Positions 42,850 to 56,505 of a DNA stretch of 64,000 nucleotides are shown here, in pieces. The notes under the pieces were generated by a model that was given only the letters and a program-made list of their open reading frames with translations, was not told the DNA's origin and searched no databases. The position numbers were made by a program, and so were the translations under genes. Each line of letters begins with the position of its first letter. Positions within the stretch are counted from its first letter, which is position 1. The DNA is from the human T2T-CHM13v2.0 reference genome, Homo sapiens: the NCBI RefSeq assembly GCF_009914755.1, contig NC_060936.1. One strand, given 5' to 3'.

Positions 42850-43359
42850 AGTGTTTTCAGCAGCTGGCAAACATTAAGAGCCTATCAAATGCTTATCTAA
42901 TATTAAATCAATACAGTTTAGCTTCATCAAACCACATATTCGGGAAGCATGTCACATTTCCAATATGGACATTATTAGTGAAATTTGCAACTATGCAACT
43001 GTGCCAATGGCCACCAAGAATTCAATAGCAAGCCTAGAGATCAAGTAATAGAGCGCTCTGCAGTGCAGTTGCTGCCAAATAATATAACAACATGTAAAAA
43101 GTATTTCAGTAATTTGGGAGTGAAATTAGAATGTCTTTTTTATTATTAAAATTAAGAATACTACAAACTGAAGTCATTCTAAGACCCATAAGTTCTGATT
43201 AACATTTTCCTCTTCCAAATTACCTTATACTAACAGGTAATTTTCTTTGGTATAAATTTCAGCACATAAGAAGGTTGATCAAATAAGACATAAGTGATCA
43301 ATCCATGATACTTGAGTTCCTACTCTTTCTGAACTACAGAGGAAACAGGGTCGTGATTA

Positions 43360-43570
43360 AGCTCTAGACTTGGCACACAAACACAACTGGATCTGAGGCA
43401 CAATTAATCAGGCGTGTGCCTTGAACAAGGAACTTAACTCTCTGTGGCTCATTATTTTAATCTGTAATACTAGGCTGTTTAACATTACCTTCCTCGTGGG
43501 TGGTCGTGAGGAGAAAGTGACGTATTTAAAGCACTTAGCACAATGCCTGTCTCTCAGTAAAGTTGCAATG
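43360..43570 (+). mobile_element. MIR
   Basis: GTGTGCCTTGAACAAGGAACTTAACTCTCTGTG...AAAGCACTTAGCACAATGCCTG. Confidence 0.7.
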
Positions 43571-43616
43571 TCTGGAATCACAAATGTTGAGGATGATATA
43601 CTGAAAGAAATCAACG

Positions 43617-43990
43617 ACACCATGGAATACTATGCAGCCAGAAAAAATGATGAGTTCATGTCCTTTGTAGGGACATGGATGAAATTGGAAATCATCATTC
43701 TCAGTAAACTATCGCAAGAACAAAAAACCAAACACCGCATATTCTCACTCATAGGTGGGAATTGAACAATGAGAACACATGGACACAGGAAGGGGAACAT
43801 CACACTCTGGGGACTGTTGTGGGGTAGGGGGAGGGGGGAGGGATAGCATTGGGAGATATACCTAATGCTAGATGACGAGTTAATGGGTGCAGCACACCAG
43901 CATGGCACATGTATACATATGTAACTAACCTGCAAATTGTGTACATGTACCCTAAAACTTAAAGAATAATAATAATAAAGAAAGAAAAAA
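43617..43990 (+). mobile_element. Young 5'-truncated L1PA (L1PA3/PA2-like)
   Basis: ORF2 end TMEYYAA...IFSLIGGN*, G-rich tract, GAG at the L1HS-Ta ACA position, poly-A; TSD AAAGAAATCAA(C/T)G(A/G)C. Confidence 0.92.
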
Positions 43991-44159
43991 AAAGAAATCA
44001 ATGGCGATTTCTAACTGTAGTTTTCCAGTGAATTCCTTTTCAATTAATAGTACAAATATTTCTGTCAGAATAAAGAGGTACACAGTGAGAAAGTAAGTTT
44101 CCTTCGTGCTCCATCTCTCAGCCTCCCAGCTTCCTTCTTCCTTTTCTCTCAACTAAGTT

Positions 44160-44928
44160 TGTAACTGAGTATCCCCATTTTTTCTAACAGATTGCTTAAA
44201 TATGTTTTTACCTTTCTTCTTTTCTTGTTGCTCCAGTTCTCCATTCTTACTTACCCCTTTAGAAACGCAAATATAGCCTTTTTTTTTTCTTTGAGATGGT
44301 CTCAGTCTATCACCCAGAGTGAAGTGTAGTGTTCGAATCTCATCTTACTGCAACCTTGACCTCCTGGGCTCAAGCGATCCTTCTGCTTCAGCTTCCTGAG
44401 TAGCTGGGACCGCAGGCCTGCACCAACACACCCGGCTAATTTGTGTGATTTTTGTAGAGATGGAGTCTTGCTATGTTCCCCACGCTGGTCTCCAACTCCT
44501 GGGCTCAAGCAATCTGCTTGCCTCAGCCTCCAGAAGTGCTGGGATTGCAGCTATGAGCCATCACACTAGGCCAAATACAGCCTTTATGCCCACCTCCACC
44601 CACTTCGCTAGACACTTCCTACAGGGCAAGTTCATCTCACTCCTTAAAAGTTAGATGAATTTATTAAATTAACATGTAGGTTAGCAGCCATGTTAACTTA
44701 AGGCACTGCACCGGAACTGACATTCAGACCCCCACTTTGTTTGCTTCCTCCTCTGCAAAACCTTTTAAAAGTGCCCACTTTCTGCTCCAAAAGCAAAACA
44801 GCACATTTAAAGGCAGGACATCTGTGCCTCTTCCCCTAAGCTGGCTCAGAATAAGTCACTTTCTTTAAACCAGATCTTGCTCTTGTTAATTGGACTCCAT
44901 GTGGTAACTAATCTGCTGTTCAGTTACA
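44160..44928 (+). mobile_element. ERV1 solo LTR (MER66/MER73 group) with internal AluJ
   Basis: Terminal inverted repeat TGTAACTGA/TCAGTTACA; perfect 4-bp TSD AGTT at 44156-44159 and 44929-44932. Confidence 0.8.
44281..44572 (-). mobile_element. AluJ
   Basis: TSD AAATA(T/C)AGCCTT. Confidence 0.9.
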
Positions 44929-45059
44929 AGTTGTCTGTGTGTGTTTGTGTGCATGAGAGCGTGTGTATCATTTCAGCAACGTCATGTGAATATACGCCTG
45001 TATTTATGTATACATGTCACCTATGTTTCAATTTCTTGAATTCTGTAACAGTAAATCTT

Positions 45060-45356
<297 letters not shown>

Positions 45357-47042
45357 TCCAGTAAATCTTAAATATTGTTCTATACCAACACATAAAGGTC
45401 TACTTATGCTACTTGTATTCTGAATTGTGCTCATCACATTTTCCTTTAGGTTAAAGGAAACACCATTTCCACTTTGACACTGCTGTTCATTCTGTTAACT
45501 AAAACAGTGTACAAGAACACAGAAAGATAAGGCATTTTTGACAATCAGACTATCATTCTTCACAGCTATCCTAGCTACTAAGACTGGATAAGGAAGGCAG
45601 CCAATGGCTTCAGATTCAACAGAAACAGCAGACATTTCAAACAAAGATCTACAAAGTCTATGTTCAAAGCTCCTTTTACTTTTTAACAGTGTGGGGTGTA
45701 CAATTCAGTTTTTGAGATCTTGCAGTTTTTAGAGCTTAGAATACAGACCAACATGCCAGCTAGTCACAGTGAATTTTTTTGGTAGTAAGTTTACCTATCA
45801 TATAATCTCCTCTGCCATGCATTTTCCTAGAGGCAGTGAAAAATAAATGTGGCTGCTGTCTGTAAGATCTTCAAACTCAAGCATCACTGTGATGTACGAG
45901 CAGATAAACCCATGTCTAACCAGCTCTCACACTTGTCCTTAAAACCTCTATACTCAGCTAAGATGATGATACATTAACTTGTAATTATAAGTTCCAATTC
46001 TGGACACTGGAATCTCTGAATTTTGGTGCTATTTTAGAGTGAAGGACACATGTTAATGTATCTCTTTGCAGATGCTCTTAAATGACTGTTTTTGGTTTTG
46101 GAACTCCTCACACCCCTCTGTTTGCTAATTTATCCTAGTTTCAGTTTAGCCAATAGGTTATTCTTCCAGCATCTCAACAATTTGAATATGTGTGTGTGGG
46201 TGGGGGTGGTGCCTCTTCCTGTGTCTTTTCTGGTGATTCAAATGTGGGATACACTGAGAGATACTGGAAGAGACTGAAACCAAAGTTATTACCATCAGTG
46301 GTCCCAGGAGACAAGTGTGTTAACATCTCAGAGCCACAGCCAGACCTTAAGTTTTTGCCACTGATGGGCGGCATCTCATTTTCTTTTTTTGTTTTTCATT
46401 CTTAAAAACCTTATTTTAAGGTTATTTTAAACATTGAGATACCCTTAAAAATAGTCTGCATTTGTAGCAAGATGGGTTTTAATGGCATGTGGAGCATTAT
46501 TTTAAGGATAACATTCATGGATTTTTCCTGTTAAGGTTCTGTTAGCCCCCAGTCCAACTCGAAAGGGATGTGAAACAGTTTTGGCAATTTCTAGAAGTTT
46601 GTGAAATAAACTCTATCCGTCCTTAGAAGTGATTTTTGCTCCAGAGCTGAACTTTTACCAATAAGCCACAGGGAAAGTTAAACAAAGTTTACGTTGCTCT
46701 CCCTCTACCCAGCTTAGTTAACATCCTGGGTGAAACACTCACAGCAATTTCATGAAGAAGGAGGATTCCCAGGCTGGCACCAGGGATGTAAAGCTGACAG
46801 AGGGGGGACCATTTGCACTGCAGAGCCCAGGAGACAAGACCACACAGCTGGTGCCCACAGCTGGTGTTCACAGGTGCAGCTGGGTCACGTGGGGCTTGAG
46901 AAAGAGCATGGACCAATACTCCAGGGAGAGGAGTTGCACAGTGGGGCCCTGTGAAGGAGGGAGGGAAAAGACTGACTTTACAGAAAACCGATTAAGTACT
47001 GAGTCCTATGCCTGGCCTTGACGTGTGTTTCCCAGACGTTGA

Positions 47043-47130
47043 GAAGTGATTCTCCACTAGGGTTGACCATGTTCTGAAGGGGACGTTTAGCAACGTCTGG
47101 AGAATTTTTTGGTTGTCACAGATGAGGGCC
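47043..47130 (+). mobile_element. MER20 fragment
   Basis: AGTGATTCTC...GGGGACGTTTAGCAACGTCTGGAGA...TTTTGGTTGTCACA. Confidence 0.55.
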
Positions 47131-47789
47131 CCTTTTCTGAGTCTTTGTAGGTCTTCTTTCTTGAGTCTGTGTAGACAACCCCTTTTGTTCTCTAAGGGTC
47201 TCTCACCATAGTCTCCCATTAGGATGATGGATCTCTCTGGATGACTGTTTCAGGCTCCTTCTCCCATCCCTGGGAATCCAGGAATTTCAGGGCTGACATT
47301 GGTCCAGCCAGGCAGGCCTGATAGCCAAGTCCTGCATCAACACTGCACATGCTTTTTGCTTGTGTGCTGCAGGCTGGGCACACTTCAGGGGGCGTGTGAG
47401 TTCTGTTCATCTTCTGAGCCTATGGACTGTGGGGAACAAGCAGAGCCCAAAGGAGGTGCACAGAGAGAGAGGGTGGGATGTGGTGGGGAAAGGGAGGGCC
47501 ATAGAGAAAGGGCAAGCAGCCATCATCTCCAGAAATGTAAACACTGAGCAAGTCACAGCTCTTGCTCAGCCCACTCACCTGGGCTGCACAGTGGCCTCCA
47601 ATGGATCTAAAGCCAGCAGGTGCTCATGGAAACAAACTCAATGCTGGGACTTTGATTTTTTATTAAATTGTGAAATTATCACTGCCACGTTTTAAAAATT
47701 AATGATGAATTTAGGCTTACAATTGTAGCACACAATATTCAAAATGATGCATTTGTAATATAATAAAATATAAAAAATATTTTAAAAGA

Positions 47790-48105
47790 TGCCTGGACTC
47801 AGTGTTCATGCCTATAATTCCAGCATTTTTTGAGGCCAAGGCAGAAGGGTTGTTTGAGGTGAGGAGCTCAAGACCAGGTCGGGCAACATAGTGACACCTG
47901 ACCTCTACGAAAAAATAAAAATGTAAAAAATGTAAAAAATTAGTAGGGAATAACACACATCTGTGGTCCCAGCTACTTAGGAAGCTGAGGTGGGAGGATC
48001 ACTGGAGCCTAGGAGTTCCAGATTGCAGTGAGCTGTGATCATGTGACACACTCCAACCTGGGTAACAGAGTGAGGCCCTGTCTCTATATTTATAAACAAT
48101 AAAAT
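47790..48105 (+). mobile_element. AluJ
   Basis: Diverged full dimer. Confidence 0.85.
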
Positions 48106-48397
48106 GTAAGAGATGCATTTTTAAAAATAACAAAACTGCAAGTACAAGCATAAGCTTGTTGGGAAGTTGGTATGGAATAATGAGAAGAAAAATTTTAAAG
48201 AATAAATAAATAATTTCATGATAAAAATCAAAATTCTAAGTCAGTAAAAGGAATAAAGCATGCTACATAATGACTGTGCAAACAATAGTCAAGGTTTTTT
48301 TCATAGAAGAATGCCAGTGTGGAGGTGAGTGAAAGACAATTGACCATCCCATAGGCAGCCTAAATTTGTGCTTAGGGCACCAGCATAACAAGGACAA

Positions 48398-48465
48398 AGA
48401 TGATAGATTGATGATAGATGGATAGATAGATAGATGATAGATAGATGGTTGATTGATAGACAGAC
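48398..48465. repeat. Degenerate (GATA)n STR
   Basis: Seen directly. Confidence 0.85.
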
Positions 48466-48610
48466 ATTGAGGAGACAGATCTATGGGTATGCTCATATCT
48501 ATATTCATATTTAAATCTATATCTATACTGACAAGCACATTAAAAACCTTTGCACAATCATCTTTCCTGGGCCATTTTACAGTAGACTGGGCCAAAGAAG
48601 ATTCTGTATC

Positions 48611-49893
48611 TGTAACCACTGAATGGGTTCTTCCTGCCAGCCGCACAAACAAAATCAACTCACTGAGACCACGGCACGGCAGGAAAGAAAGAGTTTGACA
48701 CGAGGCTGGCTGTGCCACCTGGGAGACAAAGTGATTAATCTAAATGAGATAGGTCAAGGGTCACTGGTCTTGTTGTCTAAGGTGTTATCTGAGCTTGTCG
48801 TCTCATGGCCAAGAGAATTAAGGAGCGTGGGCACAAAGGGTGAGGCTGGAGTAAAAGTTTAATAAGTGAAGAAAGAAAGCTCTCCACAGCATAGAGGGGA
48901 GCCCAAGTAGGTTGCTGTTTTTACAGTTGAATTCAAAAGTTTTTATAAGAAACTCCTCTCATCTCTGTAGCTATTTGAGTAACTTATCTGTAAAGTTGTC
49001 TGCATAACTCCCCCTTATCTATGTAGTTGTGGGTATGTCTCTAGGCAAGCACGAAGCACAGCCTCTCTTGTCTGCATAGCTGTGGGTTTGTTTTAGGTAA
49101 GTCCCCCTCTTCTCTGTGCAAATTCCCACAGAACCCATCATGTATATGCCTGAAATGGGGAGGAAACTTTTTCCTGGGAGCCCATTCATCCCATAGGGAA
49201 CAAAAGGCTTCTGTGCTAGACCCTGCCTGCTTATCTCTGCAGATGCAGCCTGAGTTTTCCCCAGGCTGCTGTATTTTTGCTGTAGCTGTGATTTTTCAGC
49301 CAGCCTGCTTCTCTGAGGACTAGCCTTAGGTGACTACCTAACCGATTTTTCCTTTTTTTCTCCCTCAAAATCATTCTCCCCAAAGGCTCAGAGGTTAGGG
49401 TAGGTGCCATGCTGATAGGTTGGGGATGTAATCATAGGAGTGTGGAAAATGGTCCTCATGTACTGAGTCTGCTTCTGGGTGAAGGGCCACAGGACTGGAA
49501 GAGTTACAGTTCCAGGCTATCCAGTTGTTAGGAATACAAAAACCTGAAAAGACATTTCAAATGGCCCATCTTAGGTTCTACAATAGTGATGTTATCTCCA
49601 AGAGTAACTGGGAAAGTTGCAAATCTTATGACCTCCAGAGTAATGGCTGGTAATTATTTAGAATTCAAGCCCCTCTCGCCGTCATAACTTGGTGGCTGTC
49701 CATTAGTTTTATAGGAGCAGTTTAGTTTTTTTAGAAGGCCTATTATAATTTAAACTATAAACTAAATTTCTCCCAAAATTAGCTTGGCCCATGCCCAGAA
49801 ATGAGAAAAGACAGCCAGCCTGTCAGGTTAGAAGCAAGATGAAGTTAGTAATGTTAGATTTCTCTTACTGTCATAATTTTGCAAAGATGATTT
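48611..49893 (-). mobile_element. LTR8A-like solo LTR, host of nested LTRs
   Basis: TGTAACCACTGAATGGGTTCTTCCTGCC...; resumes at AAATCATTCTCCCC (49368); ends AGATTTCTCTTACTGTCATAATTTTGCAAAG. Confidence 0.75.
48745..49367 (-). mobile_element. ERV1 LTR (LTR29/MER83-like) nested in LTR8A
   Basis: TGAGA...CCCTCA termini; reverse begins TGAGGGAGAAAAAAAGGAAAAATCGGTTAGGTAG. Confidence 0.6.
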
Positions 49894-50470
49894 TGTCAGA
49901 GGCACTTGAACCAGAGCAACTCCATCTTGAATAAGGGCTTGGTAAAATAATGCTGTGACCTACTGGGCTGCATTCCCAGGATGTTAGGCATTCCAAGTCA
50001 CAAGGTGAGATAGGAAGTTGGCACAAAACACAGGTCATAAGGACCTGGCTGATAAAACAGTTTGCAGTAAACAAGCCAGCTGAAACCCACCAAAACCAAG
50101 ATCGCGACGAGAGTGACTTCTGGTTGTCCTCATTGCTACACTCCCACCAGCGCCATGACAGTTTACAACTGCCATGGCAATGTCAGGAAGTTACGCTATA
50201 TGGTCAAAGAAGGGGAAGAACCCTCAGTTCCAGGAATTGCCCTCCCCTTTCCGGGAAAACTAATGAATAATCCACCTCTTGTTTAGCGTATTATCAAGAA
50301 ATAACCATAAAACTAGGCAAGCAGTGGCATGTCTATGGAATAGTAATTCTTTTATTCCTTTACTTTCTTAATAAACTTGCTTTTACTTTATGGATTTCCT
50401 TGAATTCTTTCTTACACAAGATCCAAGAACTCTCTCTTGGGTTCAGGGTCGAGATCCCTTTCTGGTTAAG
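49894..50470 (+). mobile_element. MER41 solo LTR
   Basis: TGTCAGAGGCACTTGAACCAGAGCAACTCCATCTTGAATA start; AATAAACTTGCTTT; CAAGATCCAAGAAC end. Confidence 0.9.
50228..50257. promoter_or_regulatory. Tandem GAS (STAT1) motifs in MER41
   Basis: TTCCAGGAA 50228-50236 and TTCCGGGAA 50249-50257. Confidence 0.6.
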
Positions 50471-50477
50471 GTTTTAT

Positions 50478-51245
50478 ATCAGTCAGAGAAAGAAATAGAA
50501 TTCATAAGATACATGATTCATGGTTGATAGGTAGATAGATAGATAGATAGATAGATTTATATATTGCAAAGAACTAACTTATACAATTACGGGGACTAGG
50601 AAAGTCAAAATCTGTAGAGAGACTATTAGGAAGGGCAGACTGGCAGCTCTTAGGCAGGAACTGTCCACAGGCACAGGCAGAAATCCTTCTTCAGGGTAAC
50701 TTGAGTTTTGATCTTAAGACCTTTCAACTGATTGAGCCCACTCAGATTGTCCAGGGTAACCTTCTGTACTTCAAATCCACTAGTTGTAGACCTTCATCAC
50801 ATGTAAAATATACCTTGGCAGCAAAAGCAAGGTTAACATTTGAATGACAGGGACCATATATGGACTAAATGTGTTTACCCCCAAATTCATATGTTGAAAT
50901 CCTAATCCCAATGTGATATTTGTTGGAGGTGGCGGCTTTGGGAGGTAATTAGATCACAAGGATGGAGCCTTCATTCATGAGATTAGATCTCTTGCAAGAA
51001 GAGGCCAGAGATCTAACTAGCTCTCTTTTCACCATGTTACAATCCCAGGAGAAGTCAGCAGCACAATTTAGAATAGGGTGCTTATTAGAACCTGGCCATG
51101 CTGGCACCCTGATATTGGATTTCCAGCCTCCAGAACTGTGTGAAATAAACTTGCATTGTTTAGAAACCACACAGTCTATGATAATTTTTATAGCAGCCAA
51201 ACTAAGACAATAGCTCAGCCAATTGGACACATAAAACTGGCCAAC
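50478..51245 (-). mobile_element. MLT2 (ERVL) LTR containing (GATA)n and a nested MLT1A
   Basis: CCTTTCAACTGATTG...CCCACTCAGATT...; resumes CAGCCAATTGGACACATAAAA. Confidence 0.65.
50858..51209 (+). mobile_element. MLT1A-like MaLR LTR
   Basis: TATGGACTAAATGTG...CCCCCAAATTCATATGTTGAA...CCAGCCTCCAGAACTGTG...CTAAGACA. Confidence 0.8.
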
Positions 51246-52239
51246 TGGAATAGGAGTTGGAGTGACAGTTGGAATTCAGGAGGACCACTAGGAACAAGAA
51301 ATTCTCACGTCATGTCATCATAATTTAAAAGTTGATAGATTTGGTATCCAGGTTTCTGATGACGGTTTCAAATGAGAATGTCTGCTTTCATTTTAATCTT
51401 CATCCCAAAGTGGTGGCAACCGACTCGGCTTAAGAACCAACCCTGCACCGAGGTCAACTGTCTGATGCAGGAATAGGTTTGCTTTTGCACCTGGGTAATA
51501 TTTTTAGGCATGGAGAGGGTGTGTGTGTACGGACGATAGCAGAAGGTAAAATCAGAAAGCAGGCCAGGTCACCTAGTTGAAGGAGAGCAATGTGTTGCTT
51601 AAGAGCTTCGTAAACTTCTCAGCAGGGCTTTTAACTAAATTAGGGTTGGGGCAACAGTTAAGAGTACCTGTAATCAGCTTGTTTAGGTTCAGGGTCTGAG
51701 GCTGATCTGCATGACTTATTTCAACCCTGGAGTTTGTGTCAGGATTATTCCAAAGCAGCATCACGCACCAAGTTCTCACACAATCTCGTTCCTAATAACA
51801 GTAATCACTTATCCTTGGCAGCACATTATGGGAAACTTTTTACCTAACCAAGTGTGAAAGAGAAAATCATTACGTGTCCACTGATTGTTGTCATATACTA
51901 TTTTATTTAACAGAAACATATTTTCCATGAATGATTTAATACAAGGAGACATAAAATATGCATGTGTTTAGAAACCCAATTACTCAGCTGAGAAACTCTA
52001 TCTTATTATGGCTTCATTTCCTTGCCTGCTCCACACTTGCCATTTGAATGTCCCAGAAAGTGATTTTTGTACCTGACAAGCGGCAGATACTCTTTACAAA
52101 ATTCATGTGTGTCAAATGCCTTGTCACGCTGAGAAGAAGTGGACTCTTTATTCAGGGTCTCATGGGAAATTTAACTCAGGCTTATCATAAAATCAGGCTT
52201 AAATGTGCGTTCAAAGGCATGGTTAAATTCTGTTCAGAA

Positions 52240-52870
<631 letters not shown>

Positions 52871-53049
52871 GGTATAACAACCATTCACCACTTACATTGC
52901 TTCTACCAACTTCCAGCTAGTAGCACCTGCACCTCAGTGTTTGAAGATGGCCCTCCCTCTCTATTTGCTGAAAGCTGCAAGGCAGCCCTAAGAACAGGAC
53001 AGTGGAAGTCACACTCCTCCCTTCAGGTAGCACTCAACACATGAATATT

Positions 53050-53545
53050 TTCCAACTCCTTCAATCTTGAATCAAGTGTGGCCTTATGACTAGTCAAGGC
53101 GGTAGTCATACCAATGTGCCACTTGTGAGTCCAGCTTCCAAAGGCTTTGTGTGCTTCTGTTTTCCTTCTTGAACATCTGCCTCAGCAAGAGAATATGCCT
53201 TGGCTGGCCTGCTTAGGATGAGAGACCACATGGAGAACAGCCCATCTTTCCAACAGAATTCATCCTAAATTAGCCCACAGTGAGCCAGGCAGGTGGGAAA
53301 GCCACAGACAAAATTAGAAAAAAAGAAAAAAGCACAAAAGACATTAAGGTGAGAAACACTTAGCTAACCCCAGTAAGAAAAACGTCCCAGTTAACTCATA
53401 TTCTTGTGATTACAAGTAATAACAAATTAAATAATAATATTTAATTATGATGAATAATAATACATAATCATTGTTCACAGTTTATTGAATGCTGAGGTTG
53501 TTTGTTATACAGCATTATTATGGCAATAGCTAACTGATACAAACC
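53050..53545 (+). mobile_element. MLT1 (F/G/H-like) LTR
   Basis: GGATGAGAGACCACATGGAGA...GGTTGTTTGTTATACAGCA...GCAATAGCTAACTGATACA. Confidence 0.65.
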
Positions 53546-55110
53546 ACATCATGGCTTTCATTGGCCTTACTGAAGACTTGATGACTAGAAGTCATTTTAT
53601 TGCATTTTGTATAGTTTTTCACCATTTTTCTGGTATTTTTCATCCCTCATCACTCACCCCTCCCCTTTTTCCTCTCTCTATAAATAATATTCTATTCATT
53701 CTTTAGTCAATAGGAAAAAGTACTTGGAAAATTACAATATGATTAATTATCTCTTTAATTATTAACCACATATTTGTCTTCTGTATCTGTTTAGCAAAAG
53801 TGGACCTTCACTTTCTTGGGGAGAAAAAATACCTTCACTCTAAATATTACAGGCAGTATGTTAAAGACAGGTAGACGAATGCACTGCAACCTCTTATAAC
53901 ATGTAATACCCCAGTCTTAAAGATTCCTATCTGTTTATTAAAGCCAACTATATGTAGGTATCATTCTTTGTCATAATAACACATATATCCATAATTCTTA
54001 AATTTTTTTCTAAACAAGTAATCAACATTTCAGACTTTGCTTCATTGGCCACAATTAAACTCTCCATTGTTGAACATCCCTAACATTTAAATAACTATTA
54101 TTTTTCCTGGTAGCTCAGTTGATAGCACAGAACCCTAACCCTAGGGATGTTTATCACCCACTGGAACAAATTAAGTGGCTAGAATTTATCAGTAAACGAT
54201 ATTGATTTATATTTGTATCCATCCAGAGAAAATCTGAACCCAGACTGCAAAATCTCACTCCTGTTTTACATTTCACTGCACCTTTGAAGCTAGTGCCATG
54301 GGTGAAATTCAGGTTTCTTCCTGAACTACTGTTTGGATCTTATTTTTTTCCTTTTGGTTTCATTCCAGATCAAAGAAGAAACTGAGTTTCCCCAGATTAT
54401 AAACAATGGAACAGCTAACTCTCACTAAATACCCAGTTTATTTTAATCAGCTGTTGCAAGTGTATCCTGCTTGATGATCCCATTTGAGTGACTGAGGAAT
54501 ACTTTTTAAGGGGAATAAAGAAGCTGGAAATGGTTTCAATATGGACTTTTCAGTGAGTCCAGAAATGAGACCAGGTGAGGCCCTAATCCTCACCAATGTC
54601 CAAGGCCAAGGGACTCGAGTGGGTGGGCCATAAACACCATCTGGTTTGACTTTGATTTCTCTCTATTTGATTGTCTACAGAGGTCCCAGAGGTGGACAAA
54701 CTGGCAGCTGATTCTATAGGAGGTTCACGGAGAAAAAAAAAAACTGCCCTGTTCCATAATTGCTCTTGTAGAAAATAAAGCTATCAACTTGGATCTTTCA
54801 TCCCAGAATAAAGAAGTGTTTCATTTGAAACTTATATGTGCAGAATCTCTTCCATTAGGATACATTTGAGTTTGTCATTAACATTTTCATTAACGTCAAC
54901 GTTTTCTTTCTTTTAACAGAGCTTTATTTCTCTATTTCATGCAAAACCCTCTGCTGGGCACTGGAATCAGAAGACAGAAATGGGGTGTAGCCTCTTCTCA
55001 AAGGAGCTATAAGGCTTGTGTGTGTTCTATTTATGATGTTGAGTTTCATGGAATTTTCTTATAATGCATGAGAACATCCATATTTCATCAGGAAAGTAGA
55101 TAATTCCTAT

Positions 55111-56098
55111 GGAAGGGGGCCAGCCCGTCCACACCTGTGGGTATTTCTCGTCAGTCCAGACGAGAGACTGAGAAAAGAAATAAGACACAGAGACAAAGTA
55201 TAGAGAAAGAAAAGCGGGCCCAGGGGACCGGCGCTCAGCATACGGAGGACCTGCACTGGCACTGGTCTCTGAGTTCTCTTAATATTTATTAATTACTATT
55301 TTCACTATTTCAGCAAGAGGAATGCGGCAGGAGAGCAGTGTAGTGGGGAGAAGGTAAGCAAGAAAACTTGTGAGCAAAGGAATCTGTGTCACAAATAAGT
55401 TCAAGGGAAAGTACTATGCCTGGCTGTGCACGTAGGACAGATTTCTGCTTTTCTCCACCCAAACATCTCAGTGGAGCAAAGAGTAACAGAGCAGCATTGC
55501 TGCCAACATGTCTCGCCTCCCGCCACAAGGCAGCTTTTCTCCTATCTCAACCTTGAACAAATGTACAATCAGGTTTTATATCGAGACATTCAGTTCCCAG
55601 GGGCAGGCAGGAGACAGTGGCCTTCCTCTATCTCAACTGCAAGAGGCCTTCCTCTTTTACTAATCCTCCTCAGCATAGACCCTTCACGGGTGTTGAGCTG
55701 GGGGACGGTCAGGTCTTTCCCATCCCATGAGGCCATATTTCAGACTATCACATGGGGAGAAACCTTGGACAATATCCGGCTTTCCAGGGCAGAGGTCCCT
55801 GCGGCTTTCCACAGTGCATTGTGCTCCTGGTTTATTGAGACTGGAGAATGGCGATGGCTTTTACCAAGCACACTGCCTGTAAACATTTTGTTACCAAGGC
55901 ACATCCTGCACAGCCCTAGATTCCTTAAGCCTTTTTTCTATACAACACATGTTGTATAGAAGGTTGGGGCAAAGTTACAGATTAACAGCATCTCAGGGCA
56001 AAGCAATTGTTCAGGGTACAGGTCAAAATGGAGTTTCTTATGTCTTCCCTTTCTATATAGACACAGTAACAGTCTGATCTCTCTTTCTTTTCCCTACA
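55111..56098 (-). mobile_element. HERV-K (HML-2) solo LTR, LTR5A/B-like
   Basis: Reverse begins TGTAGGGAAAAGAAAGAGAGATCAGACTGTTACTGTGTCTA; about 990 bp; TSD CCTAT(G) at 55106 and 56099. Confidence 0.9.
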
Positions 56099-56149
56099 CC
56101 TATGTCAATAATTATACAGCTTTCATGTATATTTTATACTCCTCCTTGT

Positions 56150-56505
56150 GTTGCCACTACCTGTGAAAAGATCACACACTTCTGAACTCAGCAATGACTG
56201 AACATATGACTTGCCTTGGGCAACGTAACATGAGCCTAAATGTCATGTGCCACTTGCATGAAGAAGTTTTAGTGGCCAGCATGTGTATGCCAAGTTCTCT
56301 TTCCCACTGCTAGGATGACCGGCAAGGTTCTAGACAGGTGACACTTCATCAGCTGTGTCCCAATGAGAAGATGTAGAGCGAACCACAGCCAACTTACAAT
56401 GAATGGAAAACCAGAATGAGAAAGAATTCAACATTCTGAAAGCAGCCATTGATATCTTAAGGTATTGATTTCTACAGCACAACCTAGCATATCCTGACTG
56501 ACACA
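56150..56505 (+). mobile_element. MLT1J-like LTR
   Basis: ATGTGCCACTT...GAAGTTTTAG...ACAGCACAACCTAGCATATCCTGACTGACACA. Confidence 0.65.

Noticed and set aside
43421-43765. 114-aa ORF ending in the L1 ORF2 C-terminus
   Set aside because: Chance read-through from MIR and unique DNA into a 5'-truncated L1PA; TTG start
54132-54146. AACCCTAACCCTAGGG telomere-like seed
   Set aside because: Only two units, which is expected by chance
55426-55959. 177-aa ORF
   Set aside because: Antisense to an LTR5 solo LTR, GTG start, no recognisable domain
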